DNA from: an uncultured Acidobacteriota bacterium
GTDB taxonomy: Bacteria > Acidobacteriota > Terriglobia > Acidiferrales > UBA7541
Direction: 5' to 3'
Length of the DNA: 64,000 nt
NCBI GenBank assembly: GCA_963697575.1
Contig: CAVOOP010000009.1
Location: forward strand, 63,100-127,099
In this document: positions 1 to 10,014 of the stretch, piece after piece
How positions within the stretch are numbered: the first letter of the stretch is position 1
Layout: every line of letters starts with the position of its first letter
The notes under the pieces: generated by a model
Databases searched by the model: none
The model's input: the letters and a program-made list of their open reading frames with translations, nothing else
What the model was told of the DNA's origin: nothing
Translations under genes and position numbers: made by a program

Positions 1-578
1 TGACTCTCGATGGTCCGCATGGAGACTCCCAGGACGCCGGCGACTTCCTTGTTGCTTTTCCCGGCAGCGAGCAACTGAACCACTTCCACCTCGCGGGGGG
101 TCAGCGTGGTGCCGGGGATCAGGCTTTCCACGGGCCGGCAGGCCCGCGCACGAAGTTTTCGGTCATGGTCAAGGCCAACTGGCTCGTGAAGTAGGGCTGG
201 TGATGGCGGACGTGGTCCACGGCGGCGAGCAGGTCGGTGTCCGCATCGGACTTCAGGACGTAGGCGAGGGCGCCGAACCCGAGGCATTCGCGCGCGAATT
301 CCTCGGAAAAATGCATGGTGAGCACCAGGATGTCGGTCGAGGGGGATTCGTCGACGGACGGAGCGCACGACTTCGAGTCCGCTCATTTCCGGCATGGTCA
401 GGTCGAGGACAAGCAGGTCCGGCTTTTCCTTCTTGACGTAATGCATGGCCTCGACGCCGTTGGAGGCTTCGCAACACACCTCGATGCCGGGCTGGGATTC
501 CAGCATGGCGCGCATGCCGCGGCGAACGACGACATGGTCGTCGGCGATCAAAACTCGATAGGGTTTGGTGATGTTCAT
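1..578 (-). CDS. NarL/LuxR-family response regulator (REC + HTH); C-terminus runs off the window start; two apparent frameshifts
   Basis: ATG at 578. N-terminus MNITKPYRVLIADDHVVVRRGMRAMLE...DLLVLDLTMPEMSG is receiver-like. The middle part continues in the frame of ORF 119..325 (LVLTMHFSEEFARECLGFGALAYVLKSD). The last ~120 nt return to the first frame and read LTPREVEVVQLLAAGKSNKEVAGVLGVSMRTIES (LuxR-type HTH). Frame changes lie near 335 and 130. Confidence 0.85.
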   Translation of the reverse strand, partial: MNITKPYRVLIADDHVVVRRGMRAMLESQPGIEVCCEASNGVEAMHYVKKEKPDLLVLDLTMPEMSGLEVVRSVRRRIPLDRHPGAHHAFFRGIRARMPRVRRPRLRPEVRCGHRPARRRGPRPPSPALLHEPVGLDHDRKLRARACRPVESLIPGTTLTPREVEVVQLLAAGKSNKEVAGVLGVSMRTIES

Positions 579-678
579 GGCTTTGGCAGCCTCCTATACG
601 GACGATAAAGCCAATCTCCCTCCTTTAAAGTAACGCAATTCCCGCGGGTGGGCCCCTGCCGGCCGGGCAGAAGCGGCT

Positions 679-3509
679 TCAAGACGGCGGCTGGGAGTTT
701 TCGTCTTCGACTCCAGTCTCGACTTCAGTCTCGACTTCAGTACCGCTTTTGGCCACAGTCTCTCCCAACGGGGACGCGAATTCGGCCGCCGATTCGCAGG
801 GGACAATCGGAAGGACGGCGCGAACCGTAGGTCCTCGCCCGGCGACGCTTTCGATTTCGAAGGTGCCATCGAGCTGCTTGACGCGCTCGCGCATGCCCGC
901 GATGCCGACGCCCAGCCGTGCGTTGCGTCCCGGGGCATGGGGTTGAAGGCCGCAGCCCTGGTCCTGAATCTCGACGCGGACCTCGCCGTTTTCTTCGTGA
1001 CGCGTCAGCCGAATGGCGGCGATGCGGCTTCCGGAATAGCGATGAACGTTGGTGAGCGCTTCCTGGACAATTCGGAAAACGGTGGTTTCCACCTGCTGCG
1101 GCAAGCGGCCGAGGTTCTTATCCGCGATTCGATGGTTCGTTTCGATGCCGCTGCGCTCGGCAAAACCTCGCGCGTACCATGAGAAGCGTGGGGCCGAGGC
1201 CAGCTTCGTCAAGCATCGGCGGATGCATGAGATAGGAAAGCACGCGAACCTCGCGGATGGCGTCTTCCGCAAGCCCGCGGGCGGCATGCGAGGCCGGCTT
1301 GAACGTCCACTATTGCGATTTTCTCCGAAGGCATCTTCAAGATTGGCAAGGGTCATCTTCAGGGCTGCGAGGGTCTGGCCTGCGGATTCGTGGAGGTTGC
1401 GGGCGATTTGGCGGCGCTCGGTGTCCTGGGTGCGCAAGAGCTCCTGCGACAGGCGGCGGAGTTCTTCTTCGCTGTGCATCTGGCCGGTGATATCGTGCGC
1501 CACGCCGCGCACGCGCGCAGCGGAGCCGTCGCTCGCCGCGACGGTAGCGCCCCGCACGTGGTAGGCGCGCACTGTTCGACCGGGCAGGCGATAGCGGGTG
1601 AGGAATTCGAAGGGCTGGCATTGCGCGATGGAATCCAGAACCATTTGCCGGACCTTCTGGCGCGATCGCTGCGCAGGACATTCTCCCAAAAGCGTTCCAC
1701 GTCCCAGCGCTCATTGGAAGAAAAACCGTACATCTTCAAGAGGTGTTTGGAAAGAATGATCTGGCGGGTGGCGACGTCGTATTCCCAGCAGCCGAACCCG
1801 GCGATTTCCTCGGCTTGATCGAGCAGGGCCTCGCTGCGGCGGAGGCGAGTTTCTTCGGCGCGGCGTTCGGTGATGTCCTGCGACATGCCGGTGAAGCGTA
1901 TGGTTCGCCCCGCAGCGTCTACGTGCCGGAACGCGCGGCGTGCATCACCTGGATCTGCCCGTCCGCGCGAACGAGCCGGGCCTCATATTCGCAGCGGCAC
2001 GCTCTTGGCAATCGCGTCGTCGAGCAAGGTACGGAGCCTGTCGCGATCGCCGGGATGCACCAATTTCCACCAGGAGTCGAAGGAGGGCGCAGGCATAGAC
2101 GGATCCATGTCTGCCATGCGGAAGCGGTGAGTCGGACCAGTTGATGGCATTGTTTTCCAAGTCCCATTCCCAGCTTCCAATATTGGCGAGCGTTCGGCCT
2201 GCGCGAGCAGGGCTTCGCTTTTCTGGATTTTTTCCTGGGCCAGCTGGCGGTCGGTAATGTCCTGGGTGGCTCCCACGATCCGGAGCGGCTTGCCGGACTC
2301 GGAGAAGACCGGCGCAAAGCGGGTCTGGAACACGCGGACGGCGCCGTCTTTGAGCGTGCAGCGATATTCGTGTTCCTGGGGTTGGCGAGAAGAAATGGCC
2401 TGGGCCAGGAGATGACCTGGCGAACTCCCGGTCGGACGGATCGAGGAGTCGCGAACAGAATTCCTGCGTCAAGCGCAACTTCGCCGGCGGTCAATCCGCG
2501 AAGCCTGTAATATGTTTTCGGACCAGGTTACGGATCCGGCCCCTAGTCCCATTGCCAGCTTCCGAGATTGGCAAGCTGTTCGGCTCTGCGCAGCAGGGCC
2601 TCACTTTTCTGAATCCTTCCTGTGCCGAGTTCTTGCGCTCGGTGACGTCCTGCGTGCTCCCGACGATGCGGAGCGGGTTCGCCCGAGTCCGCAAAAAACC
2701 GGGACGAAGCCGCGTTCGGAAAAGGCGGACGGTTCCATCTTGGATGGCGCAGCGATACTCGTGTTCCGGGGTTGCCGTAGTCGAGAGACTGCGCGAGCAG
2801 CATTCCGGCATGTTCCCGGTCGTTTGGATGCAGCATTTCCAGACAACGCTCTGCGCTGGTTGCAACTTCGCCGGGCGCGAATCCATGCAGCCGGTAGAGA
2901 TTGTCGGACCAGACCACCGCGCCCGGTCTTAAAATCCAATCTCCCAGCTCCCGATATTGGAGAGCTGTTCGGATTCGACCAGCAGAGCCCGGCTTTTGCG
3001 GAGATTCTCTGTGGCAAGCTTGCGATCGGTGACATTCCGCGTCGAGACGGAGAGCATGCTGGCCCTCCGTGTTCGAGGCGGAAGCGGAACGATGCGGGTG
3101 ATAAACCAGCGGTCGCCCTCCGGCAAGTTCATCGAATATTCGATGCGCTCGGCGGCGCGCGTCTGACAAACGCGCTGCAATAAGTTGAGGAATGGAATGC
3201 AAAGTCTGGCCGGAACGATGTCCCGCAGTGTCTTGCCCCGGAGTCTTTTGCCGGGCGCGGCGAGGGGGCTTCATGCGAGGTCCACATGTGATCGATGGCA
3301 CCCTTAAAGTCGATGATGAAGACGAATTCACCGAATCGTTTGGCAAGCGCTTCGAGCGCGGGCGATGACGCGGCGTTCAGGTTTGCGATATCAACGGCAG
3401 TTGTAGCGGCGGATTCCGGGGTGGGAGTGAGTGATCGCGATATGCTCCGGTTCGCCTTGCGGCGTTTCCGGCGCCTTGTTCGTGCGGATTTTTTCGAGCC
3501 TGAGATCAC
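679..3509 (-). CDS. Multi-PAS sensor histidine kinase (HisKA_3 + HATPase_c), many apparent frameshifts
   Basis: ORF 679..1689 carries an H-box (TERRQIARNLHESAGQTLAAL) and ATPase motifs (VFRIVQEALTNVHRYS, DQGCGL, GVGIAGMRERV). Upstream, four PAS-linker copies (KSEALL.QAE..A..GSWEWD-like) recur about every 385 bp, near 1800, 2190, 2580 and 2965. They are spread over all three frames. GTG start at 3509. The gene lies directly upstream of the response regulator on the same strand. Confidence 0.8.
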
Positions 3510-4049
3510 TGCCTCCGTTGAGAGGACGGAAAGCGATCCACATCCACATTTTCTTTCGCGAGGCGGGTGGCTCCCAATCGTGCGTCGGGCGAAATTACAA
3601 GGAAAATAAGCTCGTATTACATCCTTGTCAATATCAAAACGTAAAAATAGACCAAAGAATTGCGGAGAGACGTACTGGGTCGGCGATGCCGAAGTACGGA
3701 GGAGGTCAGCAAGTACCGCAAAGCAAATGCCGTATTGTTCCGAATTGAAACTTGGTCACTTTAGGACTACGTTGGCGGCCTAGCTGGAAGGGGAAGTTGT
3801 CTATAAAAGGTCGTTGTGGGTTTCTCGCCTGGCAGGAAGTGGCGACAGGTTTACAGCGAACGAGGAAGAGGCTCCCGGCAGCTTTGAATCTGCGTCAGCG
3901 CCTGCCGGGCGAGAATGCCCTCAAAAAACAAGCGGTGACGTGCCGCTCTGGATTCCAACGGGAGGGACTGCGTACTGCGAAAAGCGAGCAGGACGTGAGT
4001 GAGTGGAAGTGTGTGCGTCAAGAGCCGCGGAATAGAAGAAGCGTGAATT

Positions 4050-4736
4050 ATGCCTGTGATAGCCATGCGCACGCTGTTTGTGGGAAAACCAGGTCCGCAG
4101 GACGTCGCCATGCTGACCCGCCTGGGGCGACGGGGATGGGGCTCCTACTCGGCTGATAATCTGGCGGAGGCTGGAGCGCTGATCGGGGGAGGAGGGTTTG
4201 ACCTGGTGCTGGCAATGCAGGGGCTTTCCGATGGGTGCGGGTACGAGCTGAGTTCTCGGTTGGGGAAGCGGGAGGGTCACTGTTCGTCGGGAATTGAGTT
4301 GTCGAACGAGAGGGTATGGATACCGGTGGTGGAACGCGGAGAGAGGGTGTTCGGAGATCGAGCGGTACACGCCGATAGCGCGGAGGCGGAATTGGAGCAG
4401 TTGCTTCGCGCTTCGGCGGAAGAAGACAAGGACGATGGCACGCGAAAAAACGCATGGCAGGCGGCGCCTGCTTCGCATGATATCGGCTATGCGCCGATTC
4501 AAATTCAACTGGATCCAGGCGATGGTGTCGCCAATCCACCCGCCCCCAAGCAGTCGCGCACCGCGGCAATCGCACGGCTCCAACTGCGATGCGCGAGTTT
4601 CGGACTGCTACGTGCAGGGGATGGGCGAGATGAGGCCGAGCGCAGCGATAAGGCGAGTGCAGCAGGGGTCGGGAGGCGGAGGGAAGGGGCGTCACGTATC
4701 ATTTCGGGAATGCGTTCCCATGGGCGAAGTGACTGA
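4050..4736 (+). CDS. Hypothetical protein with receiver-like (pseudo-REC) N-terminal region
   Basis: ORF from the track. MRTLFVGKPGPQDVAMLTRLGRRGWGSYSADNLAEAGALIGGGGFDLVLAMQGLSDG looks CheY-like by eye. The C-terminal third is low complexity and may be out of frame. Confidence 0.35.
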   Translation: MPVIAMRTLFVGKPGPQDVAMLTRLGRRGWGSYSADNLAEAGALIGGGGFDLVLAMQGLSDGCGYELSSRLGKREGHCSSGIELSNERVWIPVVERGERVFGDRAVHADSAEAELEQLLRASAEEDKDDGTRKNAWQAAPASHDIGYAPIQIQLDPGDGVANPPAPKQSRTAAIARLQLRCASFGLLRAGDGRDEAERSDKASAAGVGRRREGASRIISGMRSHGRSD

Positions 4737-5184
4737 TTGCCTGAGCGCGGCGTACGACTGCGTGTTGCGATTGATGGACGATGATGCAGGGGTGGAGGAA
4801 ACGCCGGGGTCGCAGTTCGTCGAACATTGCCGAACAGCGGAGGACCGGCGGATGCCGTGGCTGAACGTCGATCTTGGCGAGACGGATCGGTTTGTATACG
4901 CGCTGGCAAGTGTTCCCGGATATATGGGCAAGAACGTTTCGATCGGGCTGGAACCGGGCTGGCTGGCGATCCTGGCGCAGCGCGAGGGGGATGAGCTGAA
5001 CGGAACGGTCTGTGCGAACGGTGCGCAGGGCGCTGGGCAACGAAACGAGGGAGGAACCGGAATCACCGAGGCTGAGCAGACTTTTTGTGTGGTGGCACTT
5101 CCCGCCGAGGTGAATCCGCTCGATTCCATTGCGGTGCTGGCGAAGGGAGTTCTGGGCATTCGCATGCCGAAGGCTTGTGTGTAA
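4720..5184 (+). CDS. Hsp20/alpha-crystallin-like protein (tentative)
   Basis: In-frame ATG inside ORF 4294..5184. WLNVDLGETDRFVYALASVPGYMGKNVSIGLEPGWLAILAQRE ... FCVVALPAEVNPLDSIAVLAKGVLGIRMPK resembles an ACD beta-sandwich by eye. Confidence 0.45.
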   Translation: MGEVTDCLSAAYDCVLRLMDDDAGVEETPGSQFVEHCRTAEDRRMPWLNVDLGETDRFVYALASVPGYMGKNVSIGLEPGWLAILAQREGDELNGTVCANGAQGAGQRNEGGTGITEAEQTFCVVALPAEVNPLDSIAVLAKGVLGIRMPKACV

Positions 5185-5207
5185 GGCTTGGGGCTAGTTG
5201 TAGGTGT

Positions 5208-5243
5208 TCCGGCAGAGCTGGAAAGCTCCCGCGGCGTTTTTTT
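5208..5243 (+). terminator. Candidate intrinsic terminator after the 4720..5184 gene
   Basis: Imperfect stem CCGGCAGAGCT-GGAA-AGCTCCCGCGG, followed 2 nt later by T7 (5237-5243). Confidence 0.45.
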
Positions 5244-5315
5244 ATCAAGACGAGTCAAGAACCGCTGCGAAGTCCTGCCATGCTCTAGCAGGCCGCGGAA
5301 AAATGCCAAAATCTG

Positions 5316-5515
5316 TTCCTCAAGGGCTAAAGCCCTGTTGAATCCCGGACTTTATGTCGGAGCTGAAGCTCCGACCCCCTGAAAACCACAGTTTTTCCGC
5401 AACCTGCTAGTGCGTTGCGTGGCCGTCGCTTTGAAGGGTTGGGATCTTTGACTTTTTCGGTTCCGGCGAATCCTGCACAAAAACCCGACCCTCGAAACCG
5501 GAGGGTCGGGCACCC
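5316..5515. repeat. REP-B + REP-A composite intergenic repeat
   Basis: REP-B core GGACTTTATGTCGGAGCTGAAGCTCCGACCCCCT (8-bp hairpin GTCGGAGC/GCTCCGAC) at about 5345-5385. REP-A hairpin CCCGACCCTC-GAAACC-GAGGGTCGGG at 5484-5510. The same pairing recurs at 11821-11940 and, inverted, at 45044-45200. Confidence 0.85.
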
Positions 5516-5588
5516 GGAATCCCACGGACGCCCTAACGAAACGCAGCAATCGCCACACAGGTTCAACTTTTCCGACTCGCCGCTGAAT

Positions 5589-6443
5589 TCAATGTTCCGA
5601 CAGGGCGCGGCTCCGGAGATACCACCAGAGGGCGACTCCTGCCATTGCGGAAGCGAGGCCGGCGCACTGGGCGTTGGACATGCCCAGGAAGGAACGCGGA
5701 TTGATGCGGATGAATTCGACCAGAAAGCGCGCCACTCCCGTGAGGATGAGATAGGCGGCGAAGATTGATCCGCGAGGAATGGGATGTTGCGAAGCGGCAG
5801 TCGCGGGTCTAAGCAATCCGGCCTGGCTGGCCGGAGCGGCAGAAGACGACACGCGGGCGGCGATTTGTTTTGCGCCGAGTCGCCACAGCCACCAGGCAAT
5901 CGCACACGCAACGATTAGTTCGTAGAGTGGCGTGGGGTGTACGCGCTGGGTGGTAGGGACGAGACCGTTGGGAAAACTCATGCCCCAGGGCAGCGACGTC
6001 GGGATGCCGTAATCGCCGTCGCCTGAGAGGAAGCAGCCGATGCGGCCGATGCCGTATCCGAGCGCGGCGGCGGGCGAGCCGGCGTCGAGCATCTCGAGCA
6101 GCGGAATGCGGCGCATCCAGGCGAGCCACGCATAGGCGGCAAAACCCGCGAGCAATCCCCCGAACCACGCAAAACCGTACTGGCTCAGCAGGTGCTGGAG
6201 GGGGTGCGCGAAGAACTCGCTCGGCGATTGGAGTTCATGGTAAAGCTTGGCGCCGGCAATTCCGGCAAGGCACGGAAAAGCAATGAATGCCTCCGCGGTG
6301 GCGGCCGCGGACGCCTTGTCGGGCGCGATTCTGCGGCGAAAAATGTTGGCGCGCAGCACAAAGTATGCGCAGGCCATCGCCGTGGCGACCATCAGGCCAA
6401 ACGTGGGCACGGTGAGCCGCCCGAGATGGAGGAATGGAATCAC
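5589..6443 (-). CDS. lgt: Prolipoprotein diacylglyceryl transferase
   Basis: ORF 5589..6533. Polytopic membrane protein with Lgt-like motifs (GRIGCFLSGDGDYGIPTSLPWGMSFP, HPTPLYE). The start is taken at in-frame GTG 6443 (VIPFLHLGRLTVPTFGLM); the start is uncertain. Confidence 0.85.
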   Translation of the reverse strand: MIPFLHLGRLTVPTFGLMVATAMACAYFVLRANIFRRRIAPDKASAAATAEAFIAFPCLAGIAGAKLYHELQSPSEFFAHPLQHLLSQYGFAWFGGLLAGFAAYAWLAWMRRIPLLEMLDAGSPAAALGYGIGRIGCFLSGDGDYGIPTSLPWGMSFPNGLVPTTQRVHPTPLYELIVACAIAWWLWRLGAKQIAARVSSSAAPASQAGLLRPATAASQHPIPRGSIFAAYLILTGVARFLVEFIRINPRSFLGMSNAQCAGLASAMAGVALWWYLRSRALSEH

Positions 6444-6587
6444 GAGAAGAGAGTATACATGCCGGCGAAGCAGACCAGTGGCGCTGCGGAAATTGCGGCG
6501 CGGATGTCCAGATCCCCTTCGCAAGCATCGCAACGGGATGGGCTGGATTCACTACTGCGCGGAGGCGCCGGGCGAGTTGTGCACAAA

Positions 6588-6622
6588 GACCCGGCCCTCG
6601 AACCCGGAAGGTCGGACACCCG
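6588..6622. repeat. REP-A hairpin copy (diverged)
   Basis: AAGACCCGGCCCTCGAACCCGGAAGGTCGGACACCC. Confidence 0.7.
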
Positions 6623-6659
6623 GCACACACTGATGCCAAAAGCAAGATCGCAAAACTAA

Positions 6660-6842
6660 GTTCGCAAGACTAAGTTCAAAACCGAAATTCAAAACCGAAG
6701 TTCAAAACCGAAGTTCAAAACCGAAGTTCAAAACCGAAGTTCAAAACCGAAGTTCAAAACCGAAGTTCAAAACCGAAGTTCAAAACCGAAGTTCAAAACC
6801 GAAGTTCAAAACCGAAGTTCAAAACCGAAGTTCAAAACCAAG
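6660..6842. repeat. 13-bp tandem repeat, about 13-14 copies (unit GTTCAAAACCGAA)
   Basis: Perfect 13-nt periodicity from 6674 to 6829, with degenerate first and last units. The period is not a multiple of 3. It lies in the divergent region between lgt (start 6443) and the 7128 gene. Confidence 0.95.
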
Positions 6843-6876
6843 ACCCACCCTTACAGACCAAGGGTGGGGCACCCGC
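6841..6876. repeat. REP-A variant hairpin
   Basis: AGACCCACCCTTACAGACCAAGGGTGGGGCACCCGC. The same variant occurs at 29028-29065. Confidence 0.75.
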
Positions 6877-7127
6877 AAAAACGAGGCTGCGGTTGGTGTT
6901 GGGCCTTTGGTCGTTGCCTTTTCTCGTCGATTGGGCAGAAGTGACACCGAAAGTGACAGCAAGTGGTCGGTCTAGTAGTTACATTACGACACGGCGGCGC
7001 CGCGCCCAACGAGGCGCTCTCCGGTGAAACTTAATGGTGCGGAGGGGACTGCAATGGACTAGAATCAGCACGAATCGCTTCGCGCTGCCCTCGCGTTGCC
7101 GGCGTTCGGGAAAGGGAGGGTAGACAC

Positions 7128-8326
7128 ATGGCGCGCCTGAATTCCATTCGCCAGATCGTCCTGAAATCTACTTTGTTCGCTTGCGGTGTCGCCGGATTGG
7201 TGTCTGCGCCCGCGTTGACTGCCTGGGCGCAGCACGGCGGAGGGCATTTCGGAGGAGGCGGGCACTTTGGCGGAGGCGGAGGCCACGTAAGCGCGCCTCC
7301 AGCGCCCCATTTTTCGGCGCCGCCCGCTCGGATGCCCGTGCCCGCAGCGTCTGCCGGCGGGACGCACTTCATTTCCGCGCCGCCGTCACATATCGCGGCG
7401 CCCCTTCCGCTGAATCGGCCAAGCTTCGGGAACCATGTGACGATTATTCCGCCGCCGGTTGCAAGTGCGCCTCCACACACCGTGATTGGTTTTCCGCCGG
7501 CGACCGGTGGGGCGCGCATTCTCTCGACGCCGGGAGCGCTGCGAAGTTCCGGGGCGTTGAGCTTCTCCGGCGAAGGGCACGAGATTTGGCAGAATCCGGC
7601 CGTCGGAACTCCGGCGGCAGGATTTCATCGCGGATTTCCTATTTCGCCGATTTATCCGCGGCGGCCGATCTATCCGATTAGTCCGATTTTCCCGGTCTGG
7701 GGCTATCCGATTTTTGGCGGAGGGTTCTGGCCGGGATTCGGCTTTGGAGGATTGGGACTGGGCTGGGGATTGGGCTGGGATTCATGGGGTTGCGGCGCTT
7801 ATGGTGGCTGGGGATTCGGATGCGACGCGTTCTCTTACTACGATTCCGGATATGGAAATTACGGCTACGCATACAGCCCGGGAGTCTTGGAAGGGCAGAT
7901 CGAGTCGCAAGAACGGGCCTGCCATCTATGAGAATGCTCCCACGCCGGCCCCGCTCGTATTACGGCGGCGGAGAGCGGCAGCTCGTGCAGCTCTACATGA
8001 AAGACGGCAGCGAATACGACGTGACGGACTACTGGCTGGTGGATGACAACGAACTGCACTTCACGACCGTCGATGCGAACGGGAATCAGACTGAGCATGT
8101 GATCAGCTTCGATCAGCTCGATCTGCGGAAAACGATCGACGTGAATACGGATCGCGGATACCGGTTTGTGCTGCGGAACGAACCGATCCAGCAGTATCTG
8201 CAGGGCACGGAGAGCAATGCACCCGAGGGGACCGCGCCGGAGGGGCCGCTACAGCCGCCTGCGCCTTCGGCTCCGGCGGTTCCGGCGCAGCCCAATTCAC
8301 CTGCGCAGCCTCCGCAACCCAACTGA
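7128..8326 (+). CDS. Secreted Gly/His/Pro-rich protein with conserved C-terminal domain; about 2 frameshifts
   Basis: GGGAGGG upstream of ATG 7128. Signal peptide MARLNSIRQIVLKSTLFACGVAGLVSAPALTAWA, then a low-complexity body. After frame changes near 7905-7945 the reading continues YYGGGERQLVQLYMKDGSEYDVTDYWLVDDNELHFTTVD ... PAQPPQPN, with the stop at 8326. Confidence 0.6.
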
Positions 8327-8610
8327 CCGCGTTGCTGGCGCAATTGCCTGCGCTTTCAGCTCCGGCGGTTCCACCGCAGCGCGATTACCCGCTCAGTCCG
8401 CGCTGCCCAATCGACCTGCGCTTTTGGCTGCCCTGCGGTTACGACTCGGAGAGTTCCCTTGCTCGCTTCGCTCCGCTTCGGCCTTCAGCTCCGGCGGTTC
8501 CACCCCGGCCCGATGCACCCGCGCAGCCTGCGCAACCCCACTGAACCCGCACTCCTGGCTACCCTGCGGTTATGACTCGGAGAGGTCCCTCGCTCGCTTC
8601 GCTCCGCTTC
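8262..8610. repeat. Gene 3' end plus two diverged downstream copies, each followed by a REP-C-like hairpin
   Basis: TTCGGCTCCGGCGGTTCC...CTGCGCAGCCTCCGCAACCCAACTGA (8262-8326) recurs as TTCAGCTCCGGCGGTTCCACC... at 8355 and 8484 (period about 129). Each copy ends in CTGCGGTTAYGACTCGGAGAGKTCCCTYGCTCGCTTCGCTCCGCTTCGG. Confidence 0.75.
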
Positions 8611-8670
8611 GGGACGCCGATGCTCTTCGCATCGGCGCCTTGGACGATTTTTCACCACACCAACAATGAG

Positions 8671-8699
8671 TTGACAGAAATTTTTGAAAAGCGTAAAAC
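8671..8699 (+). promoter_or_regulatory. Candidate sigma70-type promoter (TTGACA-17-TAAAAC)
   Basis: TTGACA at 8671-8676, 17-nt spacer, TAAAAC at 8694-8699. AT-rich context upstream of the 8929 gene. Confidence 0.4.
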
Positions 8700-8810
8700 T
8701 TTTTTCGTTAACCTCGAATTGTGTCGATGGCTCCCACCGTTGTTTGACTCGAGCGAAACTTGAGCGGACAACGTACTGTGACGCCGGGTGAGAAACCCCT
8801 CAGGGGGACA

Positions 8811-8890
8811 CGTTCGCATCATTCGCACCTGTTCGCAGTGATTCGCACCGATTCGTAGTGATCCACGCCGATTTGTAGTGATCCACATTG
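8811..8890 (+). promoter_or_regulatory. Eight helically phased 10-bp repeats (ATTCGCAsyG-like; also read as 4 x 20 bp)
   Basis: CGTTCGCATC ATTCGCACCT GTTCGCAGTG ATTCGCACCG ATTCGTAGTG ATCCACGCCG ATTTGTAGTG ATCCACATTG. They sit between the candidate promoter and the RBS of the 8929 gene. Confidence 0.6.
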
Positions 8891-8928
8891 ACCCGCGCTA
8901 TTTCGCGCTACCACACTTTGGAGGAACT

Positions 8929-9297
8929 ATGCCGAATTACAACACACAGGCGCCGCCTTATTCGATTTTTCCGGGAGACGTGGCGCTGGCTTTCAATAGC
9001 GAGGCTCCGTCGGGCGGGCAGGCCAGCCAGCAGTTTGCGCTGCCCAGCTACGCGGGCATGCCGAACAACGGGCGCACCATCACGTGGCAGACGATCTACG
9101 GGAGCGCCCCTTCGGCGATCAGCGTGGTGCTGCAAACGGCGATGAACGACGTGGACGCGCAGTATGCGACCGTGGACACGTCGACCGCCACGGCCGGGGA
9201 GACCCGCGTGGTGACCAACGTGCGCGCGAACTTTATCCGTGCGAAGGTCTCGTCGATCACGGGAGGATCGGGCGTGACGGTGCAAGTGCTGGGGTAG
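8929..9297 (+). CDS. Hypothetical small beta-rich protein (122 aa)
   Basis: GGAGG lies 5 nt upstream of ATG 8929, which is in frame within ORF 8878..9297. No family recognised. Confidence 0.6.
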   Translation: MPNYNTQAPPYSIFPGDVALAFNSEAPSGGQASQQFALPSYAGMPNNGRTITWQTIYGSAPSAISVVLQTAMNDVDAQYATVDTSTATAGETRVVTNVRANFIRAKVSSITGGSGVTVQVLG

Positions 9298-9343
9298 TCG
9301 GTTAGAATAGGGCGTGGAGAGAAGGCCTCTCGGACGCTGGGGC

Positions 9344-9797
9344 ATGAGAAGAGCCACGGTAGCCACGCTGATCCTGCTGGCGGGCGCCATCGTCGCTTGC
9401 GGCCACGGCGCGCAGATCGAGCACGCGCAGGCCAGCGCCGCGCGACCCTGCCAACATGCATACCGTTACCGTGAAGTTTGACTACGACTTCACCAAGACT
9501 CCAGTGTGCTCTGCGGCAACGGCCAAGACGTGCATCAAGGAGTTTGTGGTCTACGATGTCTCGGGCGGGCGCTACAAATTGTTCACCATTCCAGCGCCGG
9601 CCGGGGCCAAAGGAGTCGTCAAGGGAATTAGCGGGCAAGGGCCGCCGCGCACCTTTGAACCGGGAACACATTTTATTTCGGTGACGGCGGTGAACGCTTC
9701 CGGCGCCGAATCGGATACCAGCGCGGCGAAGGTCTCGGTGGAAGTGAAGCGCAAGACGGACGTCGCGCCTGCCGCCGCGGCGCCCGAAAAGCACTAG
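9344..9797 (+). CDS. Lipoprotein with FN3/Ig-like domain; 1 frameshift
   Basis: ATG 9344 gives MRRATVATLILLAGAIVAC (lipobox). The domain lies in ORF 9456..9797 (VKFDYDFTKTPVCS...HFISVTAVNASGAESD) in a different frame. Confidence 0.55.
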
Positions 9798-9934
9798 CAG
9801 TTTTTGGCGCGGCCTGCGGGCTGACAAAAAGCCACGTGGCGCACAGATTCCGAAGCTCCGCTCCGACCCCCGAAAACCGGGAACTGTGGCGAGTACTTCC
9901 GAGCCGAGAATCGTTTCGATTCAGGCGGGTGTGC

Positions 9935-9975
9935 ACAAAGACCCGACCCTCGAAAACGAAGAGTCGTGCGCCCAG
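9935..9975. repeat. REP-A copy (diverged)
   Basis: CACAAAGACCCGACCCTCGAAAACGAAGAGTCGTGCGCCC. Confidence 0.7.
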
Positions 9976-10014
9976 AAACCCGGGCACCCGGAAACCCAAA
10001 GTCCGCTTGCCGAA

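Noticed and set aside
679-760. A 12-nt tandem (AGTCTCGACTTC x2-3) at the kinase 3' end as a regulatory repeat
   Set aside because: It is in frame and simply encodes a TEVE-type acidic tail repeat of the kinase.
5327-5911. 194-aa minus-strand ORF in the lgt downstream region
   Set aside because: Its translation is built from REP-A and REP-B elements (…PDPPVSRVGF…) and it overlaps the lgt 3' end in another frame.
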